A stretch of DNA of 64,000 bases, from assembly GCA_027623195.1 (NCBI GenBank), contig JAQBUT010000021.1, positions 1 to 64,000 on the forward strand, read 5' to 3'. The DNA is from Chloroflexota bacterium (GTDB lineage: Bacteria > Chloroflexota > Dehalococcoidia > Lucifugimonadales > JADFKI01). Numbering within the stretch: position 1 is the stretch's first letter; every line of letters starts with the position of its first letter. Below, piece after piece: positions 11,773 to 21,585 of the stretch. The translations under genes and the position numbers were made by a program. The notes under the pieces were generated by a model. It saw only the letters and a list, made by a program, of their open reading frames with translations. It was not told the origin of the DNA and did not search any database.

Positions 11773-12194
11773 TGTATCTGCTGGACACCGACGTTTTGCT
11801 GAATCTGATGTCCCGGCTGCCGTCTACTTCTCTTGTGGCGCGGTTGGCCATGGTGTCGCCGGACAGACAGTTCACCTCCAGCGTCAGCTATGGTGAGGTG
11901 GTATACGGCGCCTATAAACTGGGCGGTTCCACTGACAAGTTGCTAGGGGACATGGAAGAACGGATGCTTCCCAATCTTACTGTGCTGGATTTCGATACCG
12001 CGGCGGCTCGGCGATACGGCATATTGAGGGAGTACCTTCAGCGGGTCGGCATTAGAGTCACCGACACGGACGCGCGAATCGCGGCCATTGCCATAACCCA
12101 CGGCCTAACTCTAATCACCAGTTCGCCTTCGCGGTTCAGTGGCGTGCCGGGACTACGGGCGGAAAGTTGGATTGAAGACGAGGTCGCCGTTTAG
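11772..12194 (+). CDS. vapC: VapC PIN-domain toxin
   Basis: YLLDTDV, EVVYGA and DARIAAIA PIN motifs; coupled to the antitoxin. Confidence 0.9.
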   Translation: MYLLDTDVLLNLMSRLPSTSLVARLAMVSPDRQFTSSVSYGEVVYGAYKLGGSTDKLLGDMEERMLPNLTVLDFDTAAARRYGILREYLQRVGIRVTDTDARIAAIAITHGLTLITSSPSRFSGVPGLRAESWIEDEVAV

Positions 12195-12200
12195 TCTTTC

Positions 12201-12908
12201 TTAAGACAGGTCGCTGAGTAACTGCGGAAGCTGACTCAGGTTTTCGATGCGTGGGTGCTCCTCGTAACCGGGGTGGTTGCCGTCGCGGTCAAGCAACACA
12301 GGGCTGATTCCAACCCCCACCGCTCCGTCCACATCCGACGTTAACTGGTCCCCCACGTGCACCGCCTCTGCGGGTGATGCGTTGGCTTTTTCCAGAGCCC
12401 TGTGGAATATTGGCGGCTTGGGCTTTTCCGCGCCAACCTCCATGGAAGTCACCGTAAAGTCCAGGTGAGCTAGCAGCCCAAGGCTTTCGGCCAGCTCGTC
12501 CCCGTCCTGGTGCATGTTGCTTATCAGTCCCACAACCAACCCCTGGTTCCGAAGCTGCTGTAGGACGGGGACGGAATCATCGAACGCCGCCAGGCTGTAA
12601 TCCACCTTCCGGATGCGTGTCCAGATCTCCCCTGCCAGTGTAGGCGTGACCTCCACGCCCGCGCCGCTGAGGACCAGCCTCTCGTATTCGGCGAAGAAGG
12701 CGTCCCGTTCACTCTTGCTCAAGCCGCGCATGGGCTTGGTGGCGTTCTGGGCAGACATGAACCCGTCGGCCAGGTGATAACCCCGGATGATACCCTCAGG
12801 AGTTACCTGGATGTCGAATTCGGCCAACGCCTCGGACTGTATCTCGTGTCGAGACGGCCGAAACCCGGCCAGGGTGTTATAGAGGTCGAAGAATACTGCT
12901 CTGATCAT
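12201..12908 (-). CDS. HAD-superfamily hydrolase (subfamily IA)
   Basis: FFDLYNTL, ISN, EKP and HVGDQLTSDV motifs. Confidence 0.92.
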   Translation of the reverse strand: MIRAVFFDLYNTLAGFRPSRHEIQSEALAEFDIQVTPEGIIRGYHLADGFMSAQNATKPMRGLSKSERDAFFAEYERLVLSGAGVEVTPTLAGEIWTRIRKVDYSLAAFDDSVPVLQQLRNQGLVVGLISNMHQDGDELAESLGLLAHLDFTVTSMEVGAEKPKPPIFHRALEKANASPAEAVHVGDQLTSDVDGAVGVGISPVLLDRDGNHPGYEEHPRIENLSQLPQLLSDLS

Positions 12909-13061
12909 TAGCTTCCTTTGATGGGGCTTAGGCCTATGATAGCATTCGAGTGTGGCGGGGTTTCCGATTAAGTATGCAAAGCCTGCGCAACACGGTGCAA
13001 GAGGCTTGCCTACTAGAACCCCTAATGGCCATCAGACGTTTTTGGAGATATCCAAAAGAAT

Positions 13062-14066
13062 ATGCAGGCAGGTAAGTTGCCTTTGGGGCTTCTTTCGGAG
13101 CTTCTTGGCAAGATAGACGTGACAGACCCCAGGGTCTTTCTGGGCGCCAAGCTCGGCGAAGACGCCGCGCTAATCGATTTCGGAGACCGCTACCTCGTCG
13201 CCAAGACCGATCCCATCACCTTCGCGTCGGACCTCATCGGCTGGTACCTGGTTCAGGTCAACTGCAACGATCTGGCTGTTATGGGGGCCACGCCAAAGTG
13301 GGTTATGGTCACTCTGCTGCTGCCGGAGGGCATCTCCGAGGCCGTGGTAAGCGGAATCTTCGATCAGCTGTTGGAGGCCTGCGAGTCACGTAACATCACC
13401 CTGGTAGGCGGCCACACAGAGGTTACCTACGACCTGCCGCGACCCATCGCCATCGGCTGCATGCTGGGCGAAGTGGCGAAGGACCGGGTGGTTATGACAT
13501 CCGGCGCGCAAGTAGGCGACAGCATTATACTCACCCAGGGCATCGCCATCGAGGGCACGGCGTTGCTGGCGCGGGAGGCCGGTGAGAAATTGGTGGCTGC
13601 TGGCGTGGAGGCCGACGTCATCGAAAGAGCAAGAGACCTTCTTTTTAAACCCGGCATTAGCGTTTCGGAGGCGGCCCGCATCGCCTGTGACTCCGTAAAC
13701 GTACACGCCATGCACGACCCAACGGAGGGCGGAGTGGCGACAGGTCTTCTGGAGCTGGCCACGGGCGCTGGGACCGGAATGCGAGTGGAACTGGAAAAGA
13801 TACCGGTGCTGCCAGAATGTAGGGTCTTCTGCGACGCGCTAGGTCTGGACCCGCTGGGTCTGATAGGGTCGGGGGCATTGCTGGCCACGGTGTCGCCGGA
13901 CGATGCGCCGACGTTGATTGACGCACTGGCCCGCCAGAACATTCCAGCCTTTGAGATTGGAACCATGATGCCGCGCGATGAGGGCCTAATACTGGCGACC
14001 TCTCAAGGAGACCGCCAGTGGCCAACGTACGCTAGGGACGAGCTGGCGAGATTCCTAACTACGTGA
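13062..14066 (+). CDS. AIR synthase-related (HypE/ThiL-like) protein
   Basis: GEDAA, TDPIT, NDLAVMGA, VGGHTE and MHDPTEGG motifs. Confidence 0.88.
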   Translation: MQAGKLPLGLLSELLGKIDVTDPRVFLGAKLGEDAALIDFGDRYLVAKTDPITFASDLIGWYLVQVNCNDLAVMGATPKWVMVTLLLPEGISEAVVSGIFDQLLEACESRNITLVGGHTEVTYDLPRPIAIGCMLGEVAKDRVVMTSGAQVGDSIILTQGIAIEGTALLAREAGEKLVAAGVEADVIERARDLLFKPGISVSEAARIACDSVNVHAMHDPTEGGVATGLLELATGAGTGMRVELEKIPVLPECRVFCDALGLDPLGLIGSGALLATVSPDDAPTLIDALARQNIPAFEIGTMMPRDEGLILATSQGDRQWPTYARDELARFLTT

Positions 14067-14145
14067 TGCGGAATCAGACTTCTCGACGAGTTGTTATTGA
14101 CGAATTATACGTAGCATCCTAAACTGGATACGCAGATGTGTAGAT

Positions 14146-15450
14146 ATGAAAAGGGACGAAGGTGATGGGAGTTTGCTCCGAATGAGGATCAGATCGTTGA
14201 GGGGAAGGGGCGTCCCTGTATCGTCATTCAGCGCTTTGGCAGTGCTTTGCGCATTGGCAATTGCGCTGTTGGGTTGTGTCAGGGCAACAGCGCCCACCGT
14301 TCAGACTACGCTCACCTCAATTCCAGTTGAATTTCAGGCTAGCCCTACTTTGACGGCTATACCTGTTGCTGAAGCAACCACCACGCCGATACCCACCCGC
14401 ACCTTCAGGGCAACCGTCGTGCCTTCTGCCACACCCACTAAGGTCCCTACGACAACGCCTAGCGCCACGTCCACTACCGGACCGACTGCGACACCAACGT
14501 CCGCACCGTATCCGACTAGCACCGCCTTTCCCACGCAAACGCCGTTGCCGACAGCAATTCCGACTGCCATTCCGACGTTGGCCCCCACTCCTGTTAGGCA
14601 GGCTACAGGAAACCTTCGGCCCTCGGCCCTCAGTAGGTGGGATGCTCCGATAGTAGTACGGAAAAGCCATGTGAAGGACTCAAACGATCTGCACGTAGCC
14701 TCCGAAGTTTACGCCGATGAGGATACGTTCATCAGTTGGGCCGTCACAAACCTGGGTCCGTATTCAATCAATCAAGGGTTCTTTGTGGACCTGTATTTCA
14801 ATGGCGTGGTCGTGCAGCGCTGGAGCAACGAAAGTGGTGTATCGAGAAATGGCGCCTTCGTTACGAATGGCTGGAATGGGCTTTCTAATGTAATCACTCC
14901 ATACTCAGGCAGGCACACCCTTAAATTGGTGATTGATCCCACCAACCTGGTTATGGAGACAGATGAGACAGACAACACATTCGAGTTGACCTTCGATTGG
15001 CTGGAGCCCATCGGGAGCTTACCTCCAGCGGTGCCTCCGGACATATTCGACCTGTCGCCATATACGCCGGATGGCTGGTCGGATGCGATTGTTGCCAGCG
15101 CAATTATTGAAGCGAGAACTAGTAGTAATCTCAACGTCAACTTGCGCACTTACCTTAGCTACGCCTTTGCAAACTATGAGGCCAGCGACGTTCCGGAAAC
15201 CACAATCGTTCCTGTGTACCTGTTTTTCGACGACGTGCTGGTGCATATCGACTACTGGCAAGGCATTCATGGTTCAGGGTCCGTCGTACAGGCCGATTGG
15301 CCTGGGCTGCATGAGGCGATCCACGTTCGTGAAGGACGGCATCGACTAAGAATCGAGATTGACCCCCTTAATCAGGTGTTGGAGATAGACGAGTCGAATA
15401 ATTCCTATGAAGTCGAATTCGTTTGGGCCTCTCCGATCGGCGCACAGTGA
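14146..15450 (+). CDS. Exported/lipoprotein with Pro/Thr-rich stalk and two CARDB-like Ig-fold domains
   Basis: Signal/lipobox LLGC; long PT repeats; duplicated GRHxLxxxIDPxNxVxExDExNN motif. The true start is probably downstream of 14146. Confidence 0.7.
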   Translation: MKRDEGDGSLLRMRIRSLRGRGVPVSSFSALAVLCALAIALLGCVRATAPTVQTTLTSIPVEFQASPTLTAIPVAEATTTPIPTRTFRATVVPSATPTKVPTTTPSATSTTGPTATPTSAPYPTSTAFPTQTPLPTAIPTAIPTLAPTPVRQATGNLRPSALSRWDAPIVVRKSHVKDSNDLHVASEVYADEDTFISWAVTNLGPYSINQGFFVDLYFNGVVVQRWSNESGVSRNGAFVTNGWNGLSNVITPYSGRHTLKLVIDPTNLVMETDETDNTFELTFDWLEPIGSLPPAVPPDIFDLSPYTPDGWSDAIVASAIIEARTSSNLNVNLRTYLSYAFANYEASDVPETTIVPVYLFFDDVLVHIDYWQGIHGSGSVVQADWPGLHEAIHVREGRHRLRIEIDPLNQVLEIDESNNSYEVEFVWASPIGAQ

Positions 15451-15583
15451 CCGAATTCGGCGTCTCTGGAAATGGGGTCGTTGGCCGCTCTAATTCCGCA
15501 TAAAGTGGACATAAGATTGTTTGCATGTTCCAAATGCCCGATGCTAAACTTGTTCTGAACTCAAAGAAGCTCGGAGAGACGAT

Positions 15584-15952
15584 TTGCCCGAAGATTTCGT
15601 ACTAAATTGGACTGCCGTGCTCATAGTGGCTGGAGTCGGCGTGGCCGGGATACTGGGCATGTTCCTGACCTCTTATCTAATCGCTCCCAAGCGACCCTCA
15701 GCAATGAAAGACCTGCCGTATGAGTGCGGTATCGAACCCGAGCCATTTCGCTGGTCGCAGATCCACATTCGGTACTACGTGTTTGCGATCCTTTTCCTGA
15801 TATTCGACGTCGAGGCAGTGTTCCTGTTTCCCTGGGCCATGGTCTTCCTCGACACCATTTCGGCAGTGTTCTACGAAATGCTGATATTCATTGGCATTTT
15901 GCTCTTCGGTGTCCTGTATGGGTGGCGGAAAGGCGTGCTTCAGTGGAGATAA
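15584..15952 (+). CDS. nuoA: NADH-quinone oxidoreductase subunit A
   Basis: [28 protein letters not shown]. Confidence 0.96.
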   Translation: MPEDFVLNWTAVLIVAGVGVAGILGMFLTSYLIAPKRPSAMKDLPYECGIEPEPFRWSQIHIRYYVFAILFLIFDVEAVFLFPWAMVFLDTISAVFYEMLIFIGILLFGVLYGWRKGVLQWR

Positions 15953-16554
15953 GGCCAAAGCCTTTGGGCCTGGGTTACGAGCCGGGTCATGGCAACACCC
16001 CTGCGGAAAGTGTGCTCCAGAAAGTATTGCCCAATGCCCTTACCGCCAAATCTGATGAGTTGTTCGCCCTGGCGCGAAGTTCGTCGCTGTGGACGCTCTC
16101 TTTCGGATTGGCCTGTTGCGCTATCGAGATGATTGGCGCGCACATGTCGCACCACGACGTGGACCGGTTCGGAATCGTCACGTGGCCGTCGCCTCGGCAG
16201 GCCGATGTGATGATTGTGGCCGGCACTGTGGTCAAGAAGATGGCAGACCCCATCAAGCTGCTTTACGAACAGATGCCAGACCCAAAATGGGTGATTGCCA
16301 TGGGCAGTTGCGCTACCAATGGCGGGCCGTACTACCGTTCATACTCCGTGGTCATGGGAGTGGACCACCTCATTCCTGTAGACGTGTACGTGCCGGGATG
16401 CCCTCCCCGTCCCGAAGCTCTTATGTACGGGCTTTTACAGCTTCAAGAGAAAATAAAGCGAGATGCCAATACCCGTGGCGTTACTCTTTCCGGAGACATC
16501 CTGAATCCGCTTCCAGAATTACCTAATGACGACACCTCCGAATCAACCAACTAG
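15943..16554 (+). CDS. nuoB: NADH-quinone oxidoreductase subunit B
   Basis: [32 protein letters not shown] start overlapping nuoA was chosen. Confidence 0.96.
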   Translation: MEIRPKPLGLGYEPGHGNTPAESVLQKVLPNALTAKSDELFALARSSSLWTLSFGLACCAIEMIGAHMSHHDVDRFGIVTWPSPRQADVMIVAGTVVKKMADPIKLLYEQMPDPKWVIAMGSCATNGGPYYRSYSVVMGVDHLIPVDVYVPGCPPRPEALMYGLLQLQEKIKRDANTRGVTLSGDILNPLPELPNDDTSESTN

Positions 16555-17062
16555 GCGGCCTCGGCATGAGCCCGAAGTCCCTGAAGCACCGGTAGCCCTC
16601 AGCTCGGTCAGCGAGGCGCTATCCGATGTAATCAAAGAGGTCTTCGCGGATTTTGACGTCGAAGTGGGCGCCAAAGTGGACGAGGTCACGTTGACGGTTA
16701 AGCCTAAGGACGTTCCTGCGGTATGTCGGCTGGCCAAGGAAGATCCTCGACTGCTTTGCGATTACCTCCGGTGCCTGTCCGTAGTTGACTACGTCGAGCG
16801 GATTGAAGTCGACTACCATCTTCTGTCGCTAAGCAAAAGGCATAAGTTTGTGGTGAAAACCAACGTTTCGCCCGAAGAGCCATACCTGCCATCGATAATC
16901 TCGGTGTGGCGCGGCGCAGACTGGTTCGAGCGGGAAGGGCATGACCTGTTTGGAGTAGTTTTCGAGGGACACCCAAATCTGTCGCCGCTCCTGCTTTACG
17001 AAGGTTTCGAAGGGCACCCCGGCCTAAAGAGCTTTCCATTCCACGATTACGAAGAGTGGTGA
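16526..17062 (+). CDS. nuoC: NADH-quinone oxidoreductase subunit C
   Basis: [29 protein letters not shown]. Confidence 0.95.
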   Translation: MTTPPNQPTRRPRHEPEVPEAPVALSSVSEALSDVIKEVFADFDVEVGAKVDEVTLTVKPKDVPAVCRLAKEDPRLLCDYLRCLSVVDYVERIEVDYHLLSLSKRHKFVVKTNVSPEEPYLPSIISVWRGADWFEREGHDLFGVVFEGHPNLSPLLLYEGFEGHPGLKSFPFHDYEEW

Positions 17063-17072
17063 ACGAGTCATC

Positions 17073-17153
17073 AGTTGTTGGTATTTAGTAATTAGTTTCA
17101 ACAACCATCGGTTCATGCCGGCGCACTTCGATTTCTACTAAAGACCAACAACT
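17073..17153. repeat. Inverted repeat with heptamer-periodic arms between nuoC and nuoD
   Basis: AGTTGTTGGTATTTAGTA (17073-17090) pairs 17/18 with TACTAAAGACCAACAACT (17136-17153). Confidence 0.8.
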
Positions 17154-17179
17154 AAAGATTAAAAACTGTGAACTAACCA

Positions 17180-18301
17180 ATGCAAATTCAAGAACAAGAC
17201 AGGACCGGAGACGCCATCGACCTCATGATTAACATGGGGCCGCAGCATCCCAGCACGCATGGGGTTTTCCGGATCGTCATCTGGGTGGACGGCGAGCGCA
17301 TTGCTCGGGCGGAGCCACACATAGGCTATCTGCACCGAGGGTCTGAGAAGCTTTGCGAAGGCGAGCTTTACAGCCAGATCATCACGCTGTTCGATAGGAT
17401 GGACTACGTCGGCAACTTCAACTGCGAGTTAGCCTTCGTGCTGGCGGTTGAGAAGCTCATGGGAATGGAGATTCCGGACCGCGCCAGCTACATCCGCGTT
17501 ATCCTTTGCGAGCTAAATCGCATTGCCAGCCATATGCTTTTCTACGGCGTATACGGTCTGGATGTGGGCGCTATGACTCCGGTGCTGTACGCCTTCCGCG
17601 AGCGGGAGCGCATCCAGGCGCTGTTCGAGAGCGTAACCGGCGCCCGCATGATGCACAACTACTTCCGGGTGGGTGGCGTTAAAGAGGAGCTTCCAGATGA
17701 CTTCGGCTCGCGTATGGCCGAGCTTATGGATCATCTCAAACAGGGCATCCAGGAGTGTGACGACCTCCTGTCTCAAAACGAGATGTTCCTGGCGCGCACC
17801 AAGGGCATAGGTGATATCAGCGCGGCGGACGCCATAGATTTCGGCGTCTCCGGACCTATGCTTCGGGCCAGTGGCGTTGCCGAGGACGTTCGTATATCCG
17901 AGCCCTACTCAATCTACGACCGATTCGAGTTTGGTATACCCGTGGGAACCTATGGGGACTGCTGGGACCGCTATTACGTTCGCGTCGAGGAGATGCGCCA
18001 GTCCATGGCCATCATCGAGCAGGCCATGGCGCAGATGGAAGCTGGCCCTATTATGGCCGACGTGCGAAGAATAGCCCGGCCTCCCAAGGGAGAGGTCTAC
18101 GTTCGCACAGAGTCGCCGCGTGGAGACTTCGGCGTCTTCCTGGTCAGTGACGGAAGCGACAAGCCCTATCGGGTCAAGGTCAGGACTCCTTCATTTGCGA
18201 ACCTGCAGGCGTTACAGCATCTACTGAGAAACGCCTACATCGCCGATGCCGTTGTCATTCTAGGTTCCATAGATATCATCTTGGGAGAGGTCGACAGGTG
18301 A
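17180..18301 (+). CDS. nuoD: NADH-quinone oxidoreductase subunit D
   Basis: NMGPQHPSTHGV, GYLHRG, ESPRG, C-terminal GEVDR. Confidence 0.97.
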   Translation: MQIQEQDRTGDAIDLMINMGPQHPSTHGVFRIVIWVDGERIARAEPHIGYLHRGSEKLCEGELYSQIITLFDRMDYVGNFNCELAFVLAVEKLMGMEIPDRASYIRVILCELNRIASHMLFYGVYGLDVGAMTPVLYAFRERERIQALFESVTGARMMHNYFRVGGVKEELPDDFGSRMAELMDHLKQGIQECDDLLSQNEMFLARTKGIGDISAADAIDFGVSGPMLRASGVAEDVRISEPYSIYDRFEFGIPVGTYGDCWDRYYVRVEEMRQSMAIIEQAMAQMEAGPIMADVRRIARPPKGEVYVRTESPRGDFGVFLVSDGSDKPYRVKVRTPSFANLQALQHLLRNAYIADAVVILGSIDIILGEVDR

Positions 18302-19464
18302 GCCTAGAACTGGTTTTATACCTGGTCCTGGGAGCTGTTGGACTTTTCGTCTTCTTATCGGTGATGGTCCTGGCGCAGACCTGGGTTGAGCGTAAAGCTT
18401 TGGCCCGCATTCAGATGCGAATGGGGCCTATGATCGTGGGCTTTCACGGCACGCTCCAGCCCTTAGCAGACGCCCTGAAACTGGTATCCAAAGAAGATAT
18501 TCTGCCTTCGTGGGCAGACAAACGGGTGTACTGGCTGGCTCCCTTGGCTGTGTTTATTCCGGCGTTACTTCTTTGGGTCACCATTCCGATTGCTCATGAT
18601 CTGGTGTTAAGCAATTTGGACCTGGGCCTTTTCTACATCGTTGCCGTGTCTGTGCTCTCCGTGATGGGTCTGTTGATGGCCGGCTGGGGATCTGCCAATA
18701 AGTACGCCATTCTGGGAGGCCTTCGTGCCGCTGGCCAGCTAATCAGCTATGAAATACCCTTCATAATGTCGATTCTGGGCGTCGCTATGTTGGCACAGTC
18801 GCTGAATCTGCGAGACATCGTGGCCGGTCAGACATACGTTGCGTATGGGCTGCTTCAGCCTCTGGGATTATTCCTGTTCATCACAGCGGGATTGGCTGAG
18901 CTAGGCCGCACGCCGTTCGACATACATCACGCAGAGTCAGAGGTGGTTGGGGGCCCCTTTATTGAGTACAGCGGAGCGCACTGGGCTGTGTTCTTCTTGG
19001 CCGAGTACATCAACACGTTCACCATTGCGGCGCTGACCGTGTTGCTTTTCCTGGGTGGATGGAATTGGCCGACCATCCCATTCGACGGCGCACTGCACTC
19101 GGCTCTGTCGGCCCTCTGGTTCCTGGTGAAGACGTACGCCGTTATACTAGGTTTCTTCTGGATACGGGGGACCTACCCCAGGCTTCGGATCGATCAGTTG
19201 ATGTCCTTTGGCTGGAAAATGTTAGTGCCACTGTCCTTCATCAACATCGTGTTAACGGCGGTGGTGCTGTTTTACGGCCTGCCCCTTTGGGTGCTGACGG
19301 TGATGTCCCTGATTCTGTTGGGCGGGACGTTCTTTATCATTTCAAGAAACGCCGGAACAAAGCTGGAAAGGCATACGGTCAAGGTGTATTCTGCTAGCAG
19401 TTTGCGGTCTGGTTCAGTAATCATACCGGGGGCATCTGACGCTCATCCCTCCGGTGCGGATTAG
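18298..19464 (+). CDS. nuoH: NADH-quinone oxidoreductase subunit H
   Basis: QPLADALKL, ISYEIP, RTPFD..AESE, PRLRIDQLM. Confidence 0.97.
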   Translation: MSLELVLYLVLGAVGLFVFLSVMVLAQTWVERKALARIQMRMGPMIVGFHGTLQPLADALKLVSKEDILPSWADKRVYWLAPLAVFIPALLLWVTIPIAHDLVLSNLDLGLFYIVAVSVLSVMGLLMAGWGSANKYAILGGLRAAGQLISYEIPFIMSILGVAMLAQSLNLRDIVAGQTYVAYGLLQPLGLFLFITAGLAELGRTPFDIHHAESEVVGGPFIEYSGAHWAVFFLAEYINTFTIAALTVLLFLGGWNWPTIPFDGALHSALSALWFLVKTYAVILGFFWIRGTYPRLRIDQLMSFGWKMLVPLSFINIVLTAVVLFYGLPLWVLTVMSLILLGGTFFIISRNAGTKLERHTVKVYSASSLRSGSVIIPGASDAHPSGAD

Positions 19465-19512
19465 CTGAATGATTTCTACATTTCGTTACTCGTTCGCGGT
19501 CACTCGAGGTAG

Positions 19513-20319
19513 TTGATGATAGGCTTTTTGGAAGGGCTAATGGTGACGCTGAAGACGGCCGGTCGAAAGCCGATTACAGCGCAGTACCCTGAGCCTGACA
19601 AGCGCCAGGCGGTCCAGGATCGTTTTATGGGCTTTCCTGCGCTAATGTGGGACGAAGAGGTAGGCGAACCCTACTGCACCGGATGCATGGTATGCATCCG
19701 GAACTGCCCCACGCAGTGCATGAGTGCCGAAATGAAAGACAACCCTTTGGCTGCTGAAGGCCAGAGCAGTCGGCGCAAGATTATCGACGTTTTCGAGATA
19801 AATCTCGGCAGATGCATTCTCTGCGGGATCTGCGTCGACGTTTGCAATTTCGATGCTATCGAGATGAGCCACGAGCACGAGATGAGTAAGTTCCAGCGAG
19901 ACGGAAACCGGACGGCCCTACCCGGACTGTTGGAGATGGGGAAGGAGTTCCAGGCTAAAATGCAATGGGCTCCTTCGCAGCCGGAGAAGAACAGCGGGGT
20001 TCCAAAGGCCAGGCCCGCCAAAGCTGAGGCTCCTGCTGTCACCTCGGAGGCTCCGGCCGCGTCTGTTATGACCAAAGATGAGCGTCTTGCTGCGGCCAGG
20101 GCTCGCGCCGCCGCCAAGAAGTCTGGTTTTTCGGCGGAGGCGTCCGTAGCAGATGCGCCGGCTCCAGTGGAGCCTAAAACGGACATGACTAAAGAGGAGC
20201 GTTTAGCTGCGGCCAGGGCTCGCGCTGCCGCCAAGCGGTCCGGTACGGCTGAGTCAGACCAACCTGCTGCCGAAGCCCAGGCGGTGCCTGCTGAAGGCGA
20301 AGCCTTTGAACAAACCTAA
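19513..20319 (+). CDS. nuoI: NADH-quinone oxidoreductase subunit I with Ala-rich repeated C-terminal extension
   Basis: Two 4Fe-4S motifs (CTGCMVCIRNCP, CILCGICVDVC); two MTK(D/E)ERLAAARARAAAK repeats. Confidence 0.95.
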   Translation: MMIGFLEGLMVTLKTAGRKPITAQYPEPDKRQAVQDRFMGFPALMWDEEVGEPYCTGCMVCIRNCPTQCMSAEMKDNPLAAEGQSSRRKIIDVFEINLGRCILCGICVDVCNFDAIEMSHEHEMSKFQRDGNRTALPGLLEMGKEFQAKMQWAPSQPEKNSGVPKARPAKAEAPAVTSEAPAASVMTKDERLAAARARAAAKKSGFSAEASVADAPAPVEPKTDMTKEERLAAARARAAAKRSGTAESDQPAAEAQAVPAEGEAFEQT

Positions 20320-20443
20320 GGCCGAAATGAGCTCTCAGCAGCGGGTGGCCGCCGCCAGAGCCCGCGCCAAGCGGGAGGCAGCCGAGCCGGGGGACGAGAC
20401 CTCGACTCCGACAGAGGCCGTTGAGGAGCCTTCTGACGAATAG
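20306..20443 (+). CDS. 45-aa ORF carrying a third copy of the NuoI tail repeat (small gene or frameshifted NuoI end)
   Basis: Reads (TTG)NKPKAEMSSQQRVAAARARAKREAAEPGDETSTPTEAVEEPSDE*; its TAG directly abuts the nuoJ ATG at 20444. Confidence 0.55.
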   Translation: MNKPKAEMSSQQRVAAARARAKREAAEPGDETSTPTEAVEEPSDE

Positions 20444-20941
20444 ATGATAACCCCCTCTCTGATACTGTTTTACGTGGCAGGAGCGCTTACCTTGGGTGGC
20501 GCTCTTGGTGTGGTTATGAGCCGCAACATCGTGTATGCGGCCTTCGCCCTTCTCGCATCTCTCATTGGAGTCGCGGGGCTTTTTCTGCTTGCCTTCGCGG
20601 AGTTCCTCGCCCTGGTGCAGCTTCTGATATATGGCGGGGCCGTGGTCATCGTGATTCTTTTCGCGTTAATGCTGACCCGCATCGAGGATTTCGACCACCT
20701 TACCGACAATCGACAGTGGCCCATTGCGGCGGTGGTAGCTATCGCGCTGTTTGTTGTTTTCGCTGCGTCCATCGTAGGCACGTCCGTGCGTACCACGGCG
20801 CGAGAAGGCATCAGTTTCGAGGCAATGGGCACTTCGCTGTTTACCGAGTGGGCGGTGCCGTTTGAAGTCGCATCTCTGGTGCTGCTGGTGGCCTTAATTG
20901 GCGCAGTCGTGCTGGTTCGCACCACCGGAGGGCGAGATTGA
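20444..20941 (+). CDS. nuoJ: NADH-quinone oxidoreductase subunit J
   Basis: AEFLALVQLLIYGGAV, PFEVASLVLLVALIGAV. Confidence 0.96.
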   Translation: MITPSLILFYVAGALTLGGALGVVMSRNIVYAAFALLASLIGVAGLFLLAFAEFLALVQLLIYGGAVVIVILFALMLTRIEDFDHLTDNRQWPIAAVVAIALFVVFAASIVGTSVRTTAREGISFEAMGTSLFTEWAVPFEVASLVLLVALIGAVVLVRTTGGRD

Positions 20942-21255
20942 TTGAGTTAGCCCACTTCCAGATTCTGGGCGCTGCGCTGTTTGCCATAGGGGCATACGGC
21001 GTCTTGGCCCGGAGAAGCGCCGTCCTCATTTTGATGTCCATAGAGTTGATGCTCAACGCAGTGAACGTGAACCTGATTGGATTTGCAGCGTTCGGCGACT
21101 TCGTGGAAGGGCAGAAGGCGTTGGGTCAGGTGCTGGTCATATTCGTGATCACTATTGCCGCAGCGGAACTGGCGCTGGCGGTGGCAATCATTCTGCGCCT
21201 GTACCGCAACCGGTCGTCGGTAAACGTGGACGAAATAGACCTGATGAAATGGTAA
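20938..21255 (+). CDS. nuoK: NADH-quinone oxidoreductase subunit K
   Basis: LMSIELMLNAVN, IAAAELA. Confidence 0.96.
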   Translation: MIELAHFQILGAALFAIGAYGVLARRSAVLILMSIELMLNAVNVNLIGFAAFGDFVEGQKALGQVLVIFVITIAAAELALAVAIILRLYRNRSSVNVDEIDLMKW

Positions 21256-21557
21256 TGATGGCCTCGTCAACTAATTCTAGGCTTCTTCGAAAGAACTCCA
21301 CCGACGCTGAACGGCTCTTCTGGCTACACCTTCGAAATCGCGATATGGAGTCCTTGAAGTTCAGACGTCAGGCTCCTATCGGACCTTACATCGTAGATTT
21401 CGTATGCTTCGAGCAAAAGCTGATTATCGAACTAGATGGCGGTCACCACCAGGCGCAGGTCGAGGATGACAACGTTCGCACTGCATGGCTGGTGTCGCAG
21501 GGTTTTCGCGTTTTGAGGTTTTGGAATAATGAAGTGATGGTCAATATTGAGGGGTAA
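21249..21557 (+). CDS. DUF559 (Vsr-like PD-(D/E)XK) endonuclease, C-terminus probably frameshifted
   Basis: LRKNSTDAE, KFRRQAPIGPYIVDF, IELDGGHH, VLRFWNNEV. Stops at IEG*, while VITVILEAI continues in another frame. Confidence 0.88.
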   Translation: MVMMASSTNSRLLRKNSTDAERLFWLHLRNRDMESLKFRRQAPIGPYIVDFVCFEQKLIIELDGGHHQAQVEDDNVRTAWLVSQGFRVLRFWNNEVMVNIEG

Positions 21558-21585
21558 TCACAGTGATTTTGGAAGCCATTGACCA

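Noticed and set aside
13062..14066. SelD (selenophosphate synthetase), given the nearby selenoprotein
   Set aside because: It lacks the N-terminal (C/U)xxK motif of SelD and fits the generic AIR synthase/HypE-like family.
14370..14600. Repetitive ACN/CCN DNA as a tandem repeat array or CRISPR
   Set aside because: It encodes the Pro/Thr linker of the CARDB-like protein; there are no identical repeats with spacers.
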